Source: Octopus vulgaris (Eukaryota). Taken from it: 64,000 nt of DNA. The DNA is taken from positions 12,958,001 to 13,022,000 of the forward strand of contig OX597840.1 in NCBI GenBank assembly GCA_951406725.2, in the 5' to 3' direction. Position 1 is the first letter of the stretch, and the number at the start of each line of letters is the position of its first letter. Positions 12,357 to 25,669 of this stretch are shown piece after piece. The notes below the pieces were generated by a model that ran no database searches, was not told the DNA's origin, and saw only the letters and a list, made by a program, of their open reading frames with translations. The translations under genes were made by a program, and so were the position numbers.

Positions 12357-12520
12357 GCGTAGGAGTGGCTGTGTGGTAAGTAGCTTGCTTACCAACCACA
12401 CAGTTCCGAGTTCATTCCCACTGCGTGGAACCTTGGGCAAGTGTCTTCTACTATAGTCTTGGGCTGACCAAAGCCTTGTGAGTGGATTTTGTAGACGGAA
12501 ACTGAAAGAAGCCCATCGTA
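12357..12520 (+). mobile_element. SINE family B 5' half
   Basis: GGCGTAGGAGTGGCTGTGTGGTAAG..GAAAGAAGCCC. Confidence 0.85.
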
Positions 12521-12558
12521 TATATGTATATGTATGCGCGCGTGTGTGTGTGTGTGTG

Positions 12559-12600
<42 letters not shown>

Positions 12601-12603
<3 letters not shown>

Positions 12604-12853
12604 TCATCATCATTATCGTCGTCGTTTAACGTCCGTTTTCCATGCTGGCATGGGTTAGATGGTTTGACTGGGGACTGGCAAACCAGGAGGCTATACCAGG
12701 CTCCAATCTGATCTGGCAACGATTCTACAGCGGGATGCCCATCCTAATGCCAACCACTCTGAAAGTGTAGTAGGTGCATTTTACATGCCACAGGCACAGG
12801 AGCAAGTCAGGTGGCACTGGCATTGGCCACGTTTGGATGTGCTGCCGGCACGG
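12601..12853 (-). mobile_element. RTE-like LINE 3'UTR with (GAT)n tail
   Basis: Homologous to 15137-15560, 23405-23632, 24020-24560, 38070-38545, 56020-56400 and 59966-60262. Confidence 0.8.
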
Positions 12854-12891
12854 GATATATAAATTTGAATATATGTATGTGTGTGTGTATG

Positions 12892-13046
<155 letters not shown>

Positions 13047-13198
13047 TATGCATACCCATGCTAGCATGGGACACTGATGTTAATGATGATGATGACGATG
13101 GTGAAGTATATATTTATATATAGTCCTCTGAGAATTTGTAAGTCAGAAAAACAATATGCCCTTGTATATTTGTCAATAATGTAGATATATTAAACAAA

Positions 13199-13432
13199 GT
13201 GTATAGTGTCAGATATCCATCGCAGAAAATCTTACCCATAAGTTTCACAGTGGGTATTAAACTAGATGTTAGATAACAGACCACTTCTGTAACACTATAT
13301 GCTTGTCCATACCTCTTATCTCTGACGAACACATGGTGTTGCACAACTGGGCTGTTATCTAACATCCTGTTTAAAACCCAGTGTGAAACCAATGGATAAG
13401 ATTGACTGTGATGGATATTTAATACTGTACAC
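13199..13432. mobile_element. Old foldback/MITE-like inverted repeat
   Basis: ~97-bp arms (13199-13295 and 13336-13432), roughly 80% complementary by eye, ~40-bp spacer. Confidence 0.7.
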
Positions 13433-13776
13433 TGAGATTAATATATATGAATATGTGTGTAGCTATGTGCGTACATGTGTGTGTTTGCATGCATTTGTGT
13501 GTATGTGTCTCCTTGTCTTGATCTTGCATGGTAGTTGCAAATGTACAAGTAGATTCATTCATTTCTAATAATCTGTGTAAACATCTTCTGGCCATGGGGA
13601 AATATCATTACCTTCCTTGGAAGGTAATGATACTTGAAGGTCAGCCAATGAAGGGCAGCAGACTGTAGAAACTCTGCCCCAAGTATGGCAATGCAAACAT
13701 TAAAACGATGATGATGATGATGATGAGAATATCTATCTGTCTGGCTGTTTGTCTGATGTCTTTCTGTCCATCCAAC

Positions 13777-13791
13777 TATCTATCTATCATC

Positions 13792-13868
<77 letters not shown>

Positions 13869-13889
13869 TTATCTATCTAACTAGCTCTC

Positions 13890-13931
<42 letters not shown>

Positions 13932-13980
13932 CATCCATCTATCTATCTATCTACCTACCTATCTATCTAACTATCTATCT

Positions 13981-13982
<2 letters not shown>
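13777..13982. repeat. (TATC)n microsatellite
   Basis: Direct reading. Confidence 0.95.
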
Positions 13983-14035
<53 letters not shown>

Positions 14036-14037
<2 letters not shown>

Positions 14038-14730
14038 GGTATGTAGAAAAATACAACATGGACAAGAACGTATAACTCTTAGAAGACGATACAATAAACA
14101 CGGACAGGACATTCGAAACCCTCAGTCTTCAGTCAAGAACCGGATCATCGTAGTAATTTCGGCTGATTAATCTTGAGATTACTAGATCACGGCCAGCCCT
14201 CCAAGAAAAACTAAGCAACGAGCATTAGAAAAACTAAGCTGGAAGCGTAGATTTCCTGGAAGAAGGATCGAATGCATACGAACACCAGGACAGCAAAAGG
14301 GACAGATATAAAAAAACAAAAAACAATAATGGAATACAGAAACATGAAATACAGAAGCATTAACGGTGAAAACAACAGTGTCTTACGACTGATAACAAGC
14401 AAACAAATTTTTTCTCTGGCGCAATGGAAAAAGCCTTTATAGCGGCGGACGAAAACAGCGATGTTAACAGGACGAGGTCAGGAGCTGAAAGGCAGATTTC
14501 GGCCAACAGTCACGTGACAGAGAAGAGGGAAAAGAAAAGAAAGAGAAGCAAAGGAAGAGAGAGAGAGAGAGAGAGAGAGAGGAGGGACAAACGCAACAAA
14601 GAGAGAGAAGAGAGAGAAAGAAGGAATCAGAGAGGAGAAGGGATGGGTGTCGAAGAATGACCTGTGAGTGCAGAGCGAGACAAAGAAATAGGAGGGTAGT
14701 GGAAGACTAGACCAAAGAATCAGAGGAATA
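14036..14730 (-). mobile_element. Penelope-like 3' region candidate, family P2
   Basis: Homologous to 9042-9294; same architecture as the P1 element ((TA)n, terminal repeat, then a purine-rich tract on +). Confidence 0.5.
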
Positions 14731-14939
14731 CATATGCATACACACAAGCAGAGATGGAGGGAGAGAGCATGAGAGATGGGGGATGGAGGGAGAGATAGAG
14801 AGAAAGAGAGAGAATGAATAATTGAAAGAAACCTAAGATAACAGGTGTAAAAACTAATTATTTTGCTCTACTAATTAATGTTCATTAACTTATAGGACAC
14901 ACACATTTGTCTGAAAACACACACACACGCACACATGTA

Positions 14940-14983
<44 letters not shown>

Positions 14984-15071
14984 CACACACAGTGAAGCTT
15001 TACTATAGTGTTGTGTATCATCAACTGCTATTTCCAGTAAATATTGGAGCATTGTTGTACCATTATCCTAT

Positions 15072-15120
<49 letters not shown>

Positions 15121-15136
15121 TATATATAATATATAT

Positions 15137-15560
15137 ATCATCATCATCATCATCATTTAACGTCCGTTTTCCGTGCTAGCATGGGTTGGACGGTTCGACC
15201 AGGGTCTGGGAAGCAAGGAGGCTGCACCAGGCTCCAGTCTGATCTGGCAGTGTTTCTACAGCTGGATGCCCTTCCTAACGCCAACCACTCCATGAGTGTA
15301 GTGGGTGCTTTTTACATACCACTGGCACAGATACCAGGGAGGCTGGCAGCGGCCACGATTGGTTGGTGCTTTTTACGTGCCACTGGCACAGAAGCCAATC
15401 AAGGCGACGCTGGCATCGGACACGTTCGGATGGTGCTTTTTACGTGCCACCAGTACAGGTATCATAACTACAATTTCCATTTGATATTTATCTTGATATT
15501 GATGATGTACTTAACTCAATAGGTCTCCTCAAGCACAGCAGTTCACCCTATGATCCAAGG
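15137..15560 (-). mobile_element. RTE-like LINE 3'UTR
   Basis: (CAT)n tail, conserved 3'UTR, three internal GTGCTTTTTACGTGCCAC repeats. Confidence 0.8.
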
Positions 15561-15872
15561 TAAACACAGCAGGTCATTCTGCAATCCAAGCTACTTTGGA
15601 TTGAACTGGAGCATCGTGAAATAAAGTGTCTTGCTCAAGAACACAACACGTAGTCCAGTGTGGGAATTGAACTCACAACCTATGATCATAAGCTTGATGC
15701 TCTAACCACTGAGTCAAGTAATTACTTTATGAATAATTATAAGAATAAATATCATTCGGCAATGGCAGTGTGTTGTTACTTCATCAGGTAGATTGCTTTT
15801 AAGACAATATAAGAGATTTCAAATGCACATTATGAGGTTATAATCCAGACAATATTGAATTAATACATATAC

Positions 15873-15947
<75 letters not shown>

Positions 15948-16016
15948 GATTTTGAACAATGAAAATGAGTACTCAACATTGCATTAGTGGATAGAATTTC
16001 TTTATTTGAGAATTAA

Positions 16017-16069
16017 GGCTACCATTGGTTTCATGTTAAGAAAATTATATCTCAACGATTTTTCAAGCT
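16017..16069 (-). ncRNA. Hammerhead ribozyme-like motif, U3-A8 core variant
   Basis: Minus strand GC|TTGAAAA|ATCGTTGAGA-TATAATTT-TCTTAACAT|GAAA|CCAATGG|TA|GC: 9-bp stem II, GUA triplet; AATAAA and (TA)n downstream. Confidence 0.55.
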
Positions 16070-16286
16070 GATCACATGGAGGACTGGTCTCCATCTTCAA
16101 CGAAAACAGGAAGAGAGAGTGAGAGAAAGTAATGGCAAAAGACTACAACAGGGGTCGCCTCGTGGAGCTTTTTGGTGTTTTCGCTCAATAAACACACACA
16201 ACGCCCTGTCTGGGAATCGAAACTGCAATCCTCCGACCACGACTCCGCTGCCCTAACCACTGGGCCATTGCGCCTCCACAAATGTT

Positions 16287-16528
16287 CCTTCTCAAGCCAT
16301 GCCAGGCTCAAGAGCCGGTTTCCCGGTTTCAGTGGCGTAGAAATTCCCCAGCTGGATGGAACTCTAGTCCATCGCAGCGTTACTCATTTTTGCCAGCTGA
16401 GTGGACTGGAGCAATGGGAAAATGAAGCGTTTTGCTCAAGAACACAACGCATCGCCCGGTCCAAGAATCGAAACCACAACCTTACGATCATGAGTTCAAC
16501 ATCCTAACCACTAAGCCATGCACCTCCA
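16287..16528 (-). mobile_element. tRNA-derived SINE (family E-related)
   Basis: Minus strand head GGAGGTGCATGGCTTAGTGGTTAGG..GGTTTCGATTC, then TGTGTTCTTGAGCAAAAC; related copies at 36378-36820. Confidence 0.7.
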
Positions 16529-16827
16529 CACATACACACACACACACACATATATATATATTAGATAATAAAACAAATGGCTTATACCTGAACCAGTTGT
16601 TAAATGTCCCACCCATGAGGGATCGATGCTACATGTGTCAAAACAATTGTAGTGATTAACAAAAATTCTCGTATCTTCCATCTTTCATTTTTAATTTACC
16701 ATATATACATATACAAATAAATATATACACATATACATATATAGCAAAAGAATGTGTTATAACACTATTCTACATATAAAAAAACAGCCATACCAACAAT
16801 CCAACATACCTCCATATATATACATAT

Positions 16828-16869
<42 letters not shown>

Positions 16870-16875
16870 TCTTTA

Positions 16876-17279
16876 CTCTTTTACTCTTTTACTTGTTTCA
16901 GTCATTTGACTGCGGCCATGCTGGAGCACTGCCTTTAGTCGAGCAAATCGACCCCGGGACTTATTCTTTGTAAGCCCAGTACTTATTCTATCGGTCTCTT
17001 TTGCCGAACCGCTAAGTGACGGGGGCGTAAACACACCAGCATCGGTTGTCAAGCAATGCTAGGGGAACAAACACACACAAACAAACACGCACACACATAT
17101 ATATATATATATATATACATATATACGACAGGCTTCTTTCAGTTTCCGTCTACCAAATCCACTCACAAGGCATTGGTCAGCTATAGCAGAAGACACTTGC
17201 CCAAGATGCCACGCAGTGGGACTGAACCCGCAACTGTGTGGTTGGTTAGCAAGCTACTTACCACACAGCCACTCCTGCG

Positions 17280-17282
<3 letters not shown>
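16876..17282 (-). mobile_element. SINE family B, complete young copy
   Basis: Head GGCGCAGGAGTGGCTGTGTGGTAAG through tail (GTAAAAGA)n. Confidence 0.9.
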
Positions 17283-17344
<62 letters not shown>

Positions 17345-17777
17345 ATGTATATGTATATGTATATATGCATACGTGCATAGATTCAAACATCATATACATT
17401 TCTCAATTAATCACACTTGATAGATCTATCTTTAAAACTTATCCAAATAACTCAACCAAGCAATTTAATTGGCGTCATGAATATTCATGAATCAGCCATC
17501 GGATAGATTCTGGTGTGGGGTCTACCAAAATATATCTTGATTAAATGAGGATTATAAAACAAACAAACACATATTTTAATCAATGCATACTTACATACAT
17601 ACATACATTTGTATACATGTGTGTATGAGTGTGTATATATATATACATATATAATGCGTTATAACACATTCTTTTTGCTATATATGTATATGTGTATATA
17701 TATATATATACATACATAGAGAAGCCATTATATATATATACACGTACATATGTGAACATATATATATATGCATATAG

Positions 17778-17833
<56 letters not shown>

Positions 17834-18589
17834 ATCTATCTATCTATCTATCCATCTCTCTCTGTCTGTCGGTCTCTCTCTTTATGTATGCATATATATA
17901 AATACATATATATACACATACATATGTATACATATATATATATCTATACATACATATATACATATATATTTACATATTTACATATATGTATGTATGTATG
18001 TAGGTATGTATGTATGTATGTGTGTATGTATGTATGTATGTATGTATGTATGTATGTATGTATGTGTGTATGTATGTATGTATGTATGTATGTATGTGTG
18101 TTTATGTATGTATATATGTATGTATGTGTGTATGTATGTATGTATGTAGGTATGTATATATGTATGTATGTATGTATGTAAGTATGTATGTGTGTTTATG
18201 TGTGTATATATGTATATATGTGTGTCTGAATGTATATATACATATACAAATCTATCCTGAAATCAATAAATAAATACAGAATGACATAAATATAAACCAT
18301 TTGTGTTTACCTGACTGCAGAATTAAAAGCCATTACAGTTTTTTTTTTTATTTAAATTGCTTTTTTTTGTTTTAATTATATTTATATTTTATTTGTTTAT
18401 TATTTATTGATTTATCTTTTAATCTTTATTGATCAACTTCAAATGATAAACTAAACCACCCTCGCCCCCCATTCACCTCCCCCCACCCATATAACCATCG
18501 TACTCCCAGCCTCCTCCACCTCTCCAAAAATGGCCACTTCAAACAATTTGTTGTATCTTTGTTGTAAATTAGAAAATCCACAGTTCTTG

Positions 18590-18860
18590 TGTGGGGGTGG
18601 TGGTGGTTTGTTGTTGTTGTGGTGTGTGGTGATGGTGGTAGTAGTAGTGGTGGTGGTGGTGGTAGAGGTGGTGGTGTTTGTGGTGTGTGGTGATGGTGGT
18701 AGTGGTTGTGGTGTTGGTGGTGGTAGTGGTGGTTATGGTGATGTGTTTGCGGTGATGGTGATACAGATAATAGTGGTGGTGGTGGTGGTGGTAGTGGCAG
18801 GGGTGGTGGAAAGGTTGTGGTGGTGATGTGGGTAGTGGTGGTGGTTGTAGTGGTGGCAGT
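18590..18860. repeat. GTG-rich low-complexity block duplicated at 20050-20335
   Basis: Shared non-repetitive interruptions GATACAGATAATAG and GGCAGGGGTGGTGGAAA. Confidence 0.75.
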
Positions 18861-19517
18861 GGTTTTATACTTATGGGGGAAAGAGACAGAGAGAGATGAA
18901 AAACAAATGAGGGGAGAGTGTGTGATATATGAAAGGGAGAGAGGGAGAGAGAGAGAGAGAAAGGGAGAGATGATGAAAGGTTAAGAGAGATACAGAGAGA
19001 TAAAGAGAGATTTAAAGAGAGATTTAGAGGATTACAGATAGAGAGAGAGAGAGAACAAGGTAGATATAGAAAGAGAGAGAGAGAGAGAGAGAGAACAAGG
19101 TAGATATAGAAAGAGAGAGATAATGAAAGAGATTCAGAAAGTGACAAAGAGAGAGAAAGGCAGACAGAGAAACAGAGAAAGAGAGAGACAGAGAGTGAGA
19201 GCAAGAGTAGGGGAGAGCAAGAGAGTGATAGTTAGAAAGAGAATGGAAGGGAGAGAGCGGGAGGGAGAAAGTGAGGGATAAAAAGAGAATGAAAAGAAGA
19301 GAATGATAGGGACAGTGCAAAAGAGAAAAGGAGAAAGATAGTGGTTAGGAGAAAGAGCAAGAGAGAGAGAGAGAGAGTTTAGTAATAAGAATTCACTATT
19401 GTTATCCAATGAATTTGGTGCTTAAAACCAAGCATAAACTAAATTTCCAATGATGTAAATCAAAATCTGACAAAGCACTGCTACTATTGTTGTTAATATT
19501 ATTGTTATTATTATTAT

Positions 19518-20045
19518 AGAGTGAGAGAGCAGTTCATGCCATCAAAGTGACACTGGGGTAAAATATATGAAGCCCAGTATACCCATCATGACTACCCATC
19601 TGATAAGGGTACACTAGGCACATGCATCACAACCATATGTGCACAACATGGTGATCTCATATCAAGATAAACAGCACATGACCTTTCAGGTGGAGTCCAG
19701 TTAGAATTTTCTTCTGGTCGAGTAACCCATCCCGCTCAAAAGGTCCCTGAATAAGGGTTGTTTAAGGATGTTGAACAAAACACCCATGTTTCCAGAGGTG
19801 AATTATTCAAACCCCAAAGAATCCCTCCCAATATATGGCCATGATGCTCTCCAACTACTTCTGTTCATGATCAGAGATGCACATATTGTTAGCCACTAAG
19901 GGACATGCTCAACTGGTTAAGGTCAAACAACGGACAAGCAAATCTGTGGTATTGAGCAGAATATTTGCTGTAGCCCATCTTTTATACCAAGACAAAAAAA
20001 TGTACATGATAACACTTCCAATCAGTTAAGATCAAAAGTCACAGT
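19518..20045. mobile_element. Probable interspersed repeat of unassigned class next to (TTA)n
   Basis: Complex sequence starting abruptly at a TTA tract; single copy in this window, no ORF motif. Confidence 0.3.
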
Positions 20046-20522
20046 TCTTATGTGGTGGTGGTGGTTGTGGTGGGGGTTGTTGTTGTGGGTGTGGTGATGG
20101 TGGTAGTATTAGTGGTGGTGGAAGTAGAGGTGGTGGTGGTAGAGGTGATGGTGTCTGTGATGATGACTGTTATCATGGTGGTAGTGGTTGTGATGTTGGT
20201 GGTGGTAGCGGTGGTTATGGTGATGTGGTGGTTATGGTGATGGTGATACAGATAATAGTGGTGGTGGTGGTATTGGTAGTGGCAGGGGTGGTGGAAATAT
20301 TGTGGTGGTGATGTGGGTAGAGGTGGTGGTTGTAGGGTTATAGGGAACATATACGCCATGGAAAGTGAGAAACCATCCCTTATGAATCTAAATGACTCAG
20401 GTGGGATCTTAACTTTTTCCTTTTTTACCTTGTGTTCTAACAACACCTGCAACAGCACTGATGCAAAGCTGCATCATCCCAAGACAATAGCTCTTCCTTT
20501 AAAATAAATTGAGGGTATTGAG

Positions 20523-20777
20523 CAGTGCTTCTTAACCATTTTTATATCAACAGACCCCTTTGATTTCTATTTCACTCTATTTGACTCCCACAGCCATTTG
20601 CTGTTTAAAATATCCCATTATATTTTTATAATTAAATATTATTAGGAATTGTATAAAAAATTGTTAAAACATTTTGTTTATTATGGAAATATGTCCAATT
20701 TATTGCACATAAATTTCAATAGCAAAAACCTTCTGTGGACCCTCAAGATCCATGTGAACCCCAGTTAAGAAACACTG
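20523..20777. mobile_element. hAT (Charlie/Buster-type) MITE
   Basis: TIRs CAGTGCTTCTTAAC / GTTAAGAAACACTG; degenerate 8-bp TSD GTATTGAG / GTGTAGAG. Confidence 0.75.
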
Positions 20778-20966
20778 GTGTAGAGGAAGAAAGGCTACTA
20801 AACATCAGAAACTAGTAGTTTTTCTTAAAATGTCTTGCCCTGCTCTACACATATACAGAACGTTTGAGCTAAAATCGACAGTTTTTATGTTTCCTTTTTT
20901 TGAGGAATAACTTGATGCATTGATGAACAGTGAACGGCATTGGAAAGCATAAGAATTAAAGCTGTA

Positions 20967-21340
20967 CTAGCAGTATCGCCCGGCGTTGCTCGGGTTTGTA
21001 AGGGAAATAACTATAAAGCATTTTTAGAGAGTTATAGCCAAAAAATGGAAAAAAAATGATGGTAAATTTTTTTTTAGTTAAAAAGGTCGAGTTGCGTCCC
21101 CTAGACAGTCTGTGGTTTGTGTTTCTGATTCTCGACCCCATGTCGAATTTATCGATTTTTTTCAGAACTGGGGGAACTTTTCAAAATTTTCGCTGCGTTA
21201 GTTTTGAATTATGACATTGGGCTATGTGTGTGTCAAGTTTCATCAGAATCGGTTGAAAGCCGTGGTCAGGGTGAGGGTACAAGCAAACAGACACACAGAA
21301 ATACACACAGACAAACTGCCGTTTATATATAGAGAGAAGA
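20967..21340 (-). mobile_element. Non-autonomous Helitron
   Basis: Minus strand A|TCTTCTCTCTATATATAAAC ... CCCGAGCAACGCCGGG..CTGCTAG|T. Confidence 0.82.
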
Positions 21341-21665
21341 TTTAAAAAGAATGGCTATAAGGTTTCTATCTGTTACTGTATGGAGTTATTTGAAATTATA
21401 TTTCACAAGACAACCACCATTATTGTTATTTTAATTCCATTTCCTGATCCAGCCGTAGAAACACTGCCAGATTTGACTGGGCCTGATGAAGCCCTCTGGC
21501 TTCCCAGACCCCAGTAGAACCGTCCAACCCATGCCAGCATGGAAAGCGGACGCTAAACGATGATGATGATGATGATGATGATGATGATCACATTATCAAT
21601 GCTACTGTTACTGTAAAAAATGTTAGGGAATAGAAATGCATTACCCAAATACGGAGAATTTTGCT

Positions 21666-21900
21666 TCCTATTTCTTTACTGCCTACAAGGGGCTACACAC
21701 AGAGGGGACACAGAAGGACAGACAAACAGATTAAGACGATTATATTGACCCCAGTGCGTGACTGGTACTTACTTAATCAACCTTGAAAAGACGAAAGGCA
21801 ATGTCAACTTCGGCAGAATTTGAACTCAGAACATAGCGGCAGACAAAATACCACTAAGCATTTCGCTTGGCTGCTAATGTTTCTGCCAACTCACTGCCTT
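21666..21900 (-). mobile_element. SINE family D (Nin-domain-like core)
   Basis: Homologous to 33124-33358, 40478-40700, 42518-42740 and 43969-44566. Confidence 0.8.
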
Positions 21901-21914
21901 AAGAATCTTGCTTC

Positions 21915-22160
21915 TTACAATATAGAAACATTTCTCATGGCCCCAGTGGACAAAACAGAAAAGGTGTTGCCCAGGAGGATGGTGAGGGAGGTGCACTGGA
22001 ACAGCCACTCTGACTCATAAGGCTCACATTCGTAGACAGCAATCTCCACCCCAATAACAGTGAGCAGGGGTTTGGTCCAAGGGCCAAGAATGCTGGAAGT
22101 CTCAACTGTCACAGGCTTGAAGATAAAGCTGTCACGAAGCAACTGATACCTTGACTGTTT
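21915..22160 (-). pseudogene. CRE-like non-LTR retrotransposon C-terminal fragment
   Basis: FIFKPVTVETSSILGP..LL..IG..ESEWLFQCTSLTILLGNTFSVL resembles the CRE-clade endonuclease C-terminus (P.AVET.G..G..FQR.S....RGN). Confidence 0.6.
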
Positions 22161-22276
22161 TCTAGCTTACATGGAGGGCTGGAAACAATCTGAATATTAG
22201 AAAAGAGTTACCTATATCATAATGATTTGCACCTGGTTTAAATTCCTGACATCATGACTGCTGTTCAATGCTCTGT

Positions 22277-22770
22277 GAAAACTGGACATCATGGAAACCA
22301 CATTGTTCCAAACTTTAATGGTTTTTGGCTATGTCTCCAGCGAGGGTGACATCATGTTACCCCACATCTTTGAACAGGGCCTTAAATTCAGTTCAGACAA
22401 CTATGTGAAGCTGCTGGAGATTGTGGTCAAAGCCTGGCTGGAGAGGGTTGCTCCTGGAAGGCCATATGTGTGGCAGCAGGATTTAGTTCTGAAGAGAGTC
22501 AAAAGTGATTGTCAGAGAATTTCTACAACTTCACCAGCCCCAATTTCTGGCCTCCAAATTCCCCCGATTGTAATGCTATGGATTATTTTGCATGGCATAC
22601 AGTTGAGAAAAACACTTGACACTCAGCCTGCAACACCAGAACCAAGCTGGTGGTCAAGATCAGGGAGATGTTTGAAGATCTTCCTAAGGGGCACAGTGAA
22701 AAATGCATGCACCAGATTCCAGAGCCATCTTGAGGTTGTGATGGAACCAGAAAGTGGATACTTTGAGTAG
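22277..22770 (+). pseudogene. Tc1/mariner-superfamily (maT/DD37D-like) transposase remnant
   Basis: MVFGYVSSEG..YVKLLE..GRPYVWQQD, then WPPNSPDCN in another frame. Confidence 0.75.
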
Positions 22771-22999
22771 CCAGCCATAATCATACTTATTTATTCACAT
22801 TGTTTAGAGTTAATCATGCATTATTTTGTGGCTTTAAAATTTCAATGATGTCATGGTTTATATTTAGAATGACATTGTAGGTAGGTGTGAGAGGCTAGAT
22901 ATAGCCAGTTAGGACATAAAATGGGAAGACTATTTTAGCTGTATATGGACGGTTTAAATGCCAAAATATTAGATGATAATGATGATGATGATGATAATG

Positions 23000-23031
<32 letters not shown>

Positions 23032-23154
23032 GAAGAAGATGATGATGATGATGGTGATGATGATAATGTTAACAATATTGTTGGGAGATTTATTTGAAAC
23101 TCCTTACGTCACCTAAAAACCCATGGCACATATGCGTGTGTATGTGTATGTAAG

Positions 23155-23315
23155 TGGTGGCACGGCTGTGTGGTAAGAAGATTGCTTCCCAACCACATGG
23201 TTCCGGATTCAGTCCCACTGCATGGCACCTTGGGCAAGTGTCTTCTACTATAGCCTTGGAGCTGACCAAAGTCCTGTGAGTGGATTTGGTAGACAGAAAC
23301 TGAAAGAATTCCGTC

Positions 23316-23356
<41 letters not shown>

Positions 23357-23357
23357 A

Positions 23358-23408
<51 letters not shown>

Positions 23409-23935
23409 CGATGCCAGCACCGCCTTGACTGACTTCTGTGCCGGAGGCATGTAAAAAGCACCCACTACACTCATGGAGTGGTTGGCGTTAGGAAGGGCAT
23501 CCAGCTGTAGAAACACTGCCAGATCAGACTGGAGCCTGGTGCTGCCTCCTGGCTTCCCAGACCCTGGTCGAACCATCCAACCCATGCTAGCACGGAAAAC
23601 GTACGTTAAACGATGATGATGATGATGATGATGGAGGTGCAATGGCCCAGTGGTTAGGGCAGCAGACTCATGGTCGTAGGATTGCGATTTCGATTCCCAG
23701 ACCAGGTGTTGTGAGTGTTTATTGCGAAAACACCAAAAGTGAAAACACCTAAAGCTCCACGAGGCTCCGGCAGGGGATGGTGGCGATCCCTGCTGTACTC
23801 TTTCGCCACAACTTTCTCTCACTCTTTCTTCTGTTGGCCAGCTCGCTTAGCCAGTGGGGTGGCTAAAACAATGTGAAGCGCATTGTAACCAGAGATGTGT
23901 AGCAACATCTGATAGCCTGGTCGGTCACAGTGATC
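23155..23935 (+). mobile_element. Stack of SINE B 5' half, RTE 3'UTR and SINE A
   Basis: 23155-23318 SINE B; 23405-23632 RTE tail; 23633-23935 SINE A starting directly at the (GAT)n tail. Confidence 0.8.
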
Positions 23936-23938
23936 ACG

Positions 23939-24012
<74 letters not shown>

Positions 24013-24019
24013 TATATGT

Positions 24020-24560
24020 GGAAGTATGCTGTGTGTGAGAAGACCCGGTAGGACAAGTGAGACCATAACCCATGGCCTCTAGCTGGAATGTAGCCAGTCG
24101 ACTTATGCATACCTTTCCATCTTGGGACACAAAACTCCACTTGCGAAGACCTGTTGAGGCAAGTGGAAATCAGAACCAAATCAGAACCAAAATCGAAGTC
24201 GATCAGCATCAATGGAAATTGCAGCTGTGATACCAGTGCCGGTGGCACGTAAGCGAACCATCCGATCTTGGCCTTTGCCAGCACCGCCCCAAATGGCCTC
24301 CGTGCCGGTGGCACGTAAAATGCACCATCCGACCGTGGCCGTTTGCCAGCCGCGTTTGGCACCTGCGCCGGTGGCATGTAAAAAGCACCCACTACACTCA
24401 CGGAGTGGTTGGCATTAGGAAGGGCATCCAGCCATAGAAACATTGCCAGATCAAACTGGGCCTGGTGTAGCCTTCTGGCTTCCCAGACCCCAGTTGCACC
24501 GTCCAACCCATGCTAGCATGGAAAGCGGACACTAAATGATGATGATGATGATGATGATGA
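24020..24560 (+). mobile_element. RTE-like LINE 3' end
   Basis: WKYAVCEKTR* ORF end, 3'UTR with three GTGCCGGTGGCACGTAA repeats, (GAT)n tail. Confidence 0.8.
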
Positions 24561-24944
24561 TATGTATTTGAATATATATATCTGTTTGTGTGTGTTTGTC
24601 CTCTCACCCCTGCCACTGTCACTTAACAACCAATGCTGGGGTGTTTACGTCCACGTAACTTATGATGATGATCAGCAAAAGAGACCAATAGAACAAGTAC
24701 TAGACTTACAAAGAATTAGTACTGGGGTCAATTTCTTTAACTAAAGCCCTGTAAGGTGGTGCTCCAGCATGGCCACAGTCAAATGACTGAAATAAATAAA
24801 AGAATGAAAGAATAAAAGAATATGCCATGGTTGTCAAAACTGGTATAAGAGAGACTCGGCTGCTATTTCTAGACAAATCAAGCGACCACGTAATGACCAC
24901 CTCATTGGGTCATGCTTTAGTGTTGCCTGTGCATTTCTGCATCT

Positions 24945-25435
24945 TCATGTATGCGTGTATGTGCATGTGTGCATGTGTGTGTGTTTACATGTGTGTGTGA
25001 ATGTATGTGTGTGTATGTCTGTTTTGCATGTGTATGTATGTATGTATGTATGTATGTATATATGTATGTGTATGTTTGTGTGTATAAGTATGCTTGCATG
25101 CAAGCATGTGTATGTGAGTGTGTGTATATGTTTGTGTATGAGTATGTGTATGTATGTGTATGTTTGTGTGTGTATGTTTGCATGTGTGTGTGTATGTATG
25201 TGTATGTTTGCATGCAAGCATGTGTATGTGAATGTACGTGTATGTGTGTGTATGAGTGTGTGTGTGTATGTTTGCATGCGTGTATGTGTGCGTTTGCAAG
25301 TGTGTGTGTGTATGTGTATGTTTGTGTGTATGTGTATCTTTGCATGCGAGCATGTGTATGAGTGTATGTGTATGTATGAATATGTGTGTGTATGTGTGTG
25401 TATGTGTATGTTTGCATGAATGTGTGTGTGAGTGC
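24945..25435. repeat. Degenerate (TG)/(TATG) microsatellite
   Basis: Direct reading. Confidence 0.9.
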
Positions 25436-25669
25436 TTGTAGTTTTAATAGAGAAAAGGTACATTTTTTTGTGTCTCTCTTTTAGGCCCAAAATAAACACT
25501 GGGTTACTAACAACAACAGTAACAACAATAACCAACAGTGTTGTTGCTGTTGTTGTTGTTGTTGTTGTTGTTAATTGTAAATTATGCAATCTGATTGTTT
25601 GGTGCCGTTTATTGAACACCTCTCTATTCTTAGATTTCCTCTTTCAATGGCAATGGCCAGAATTTGAAC

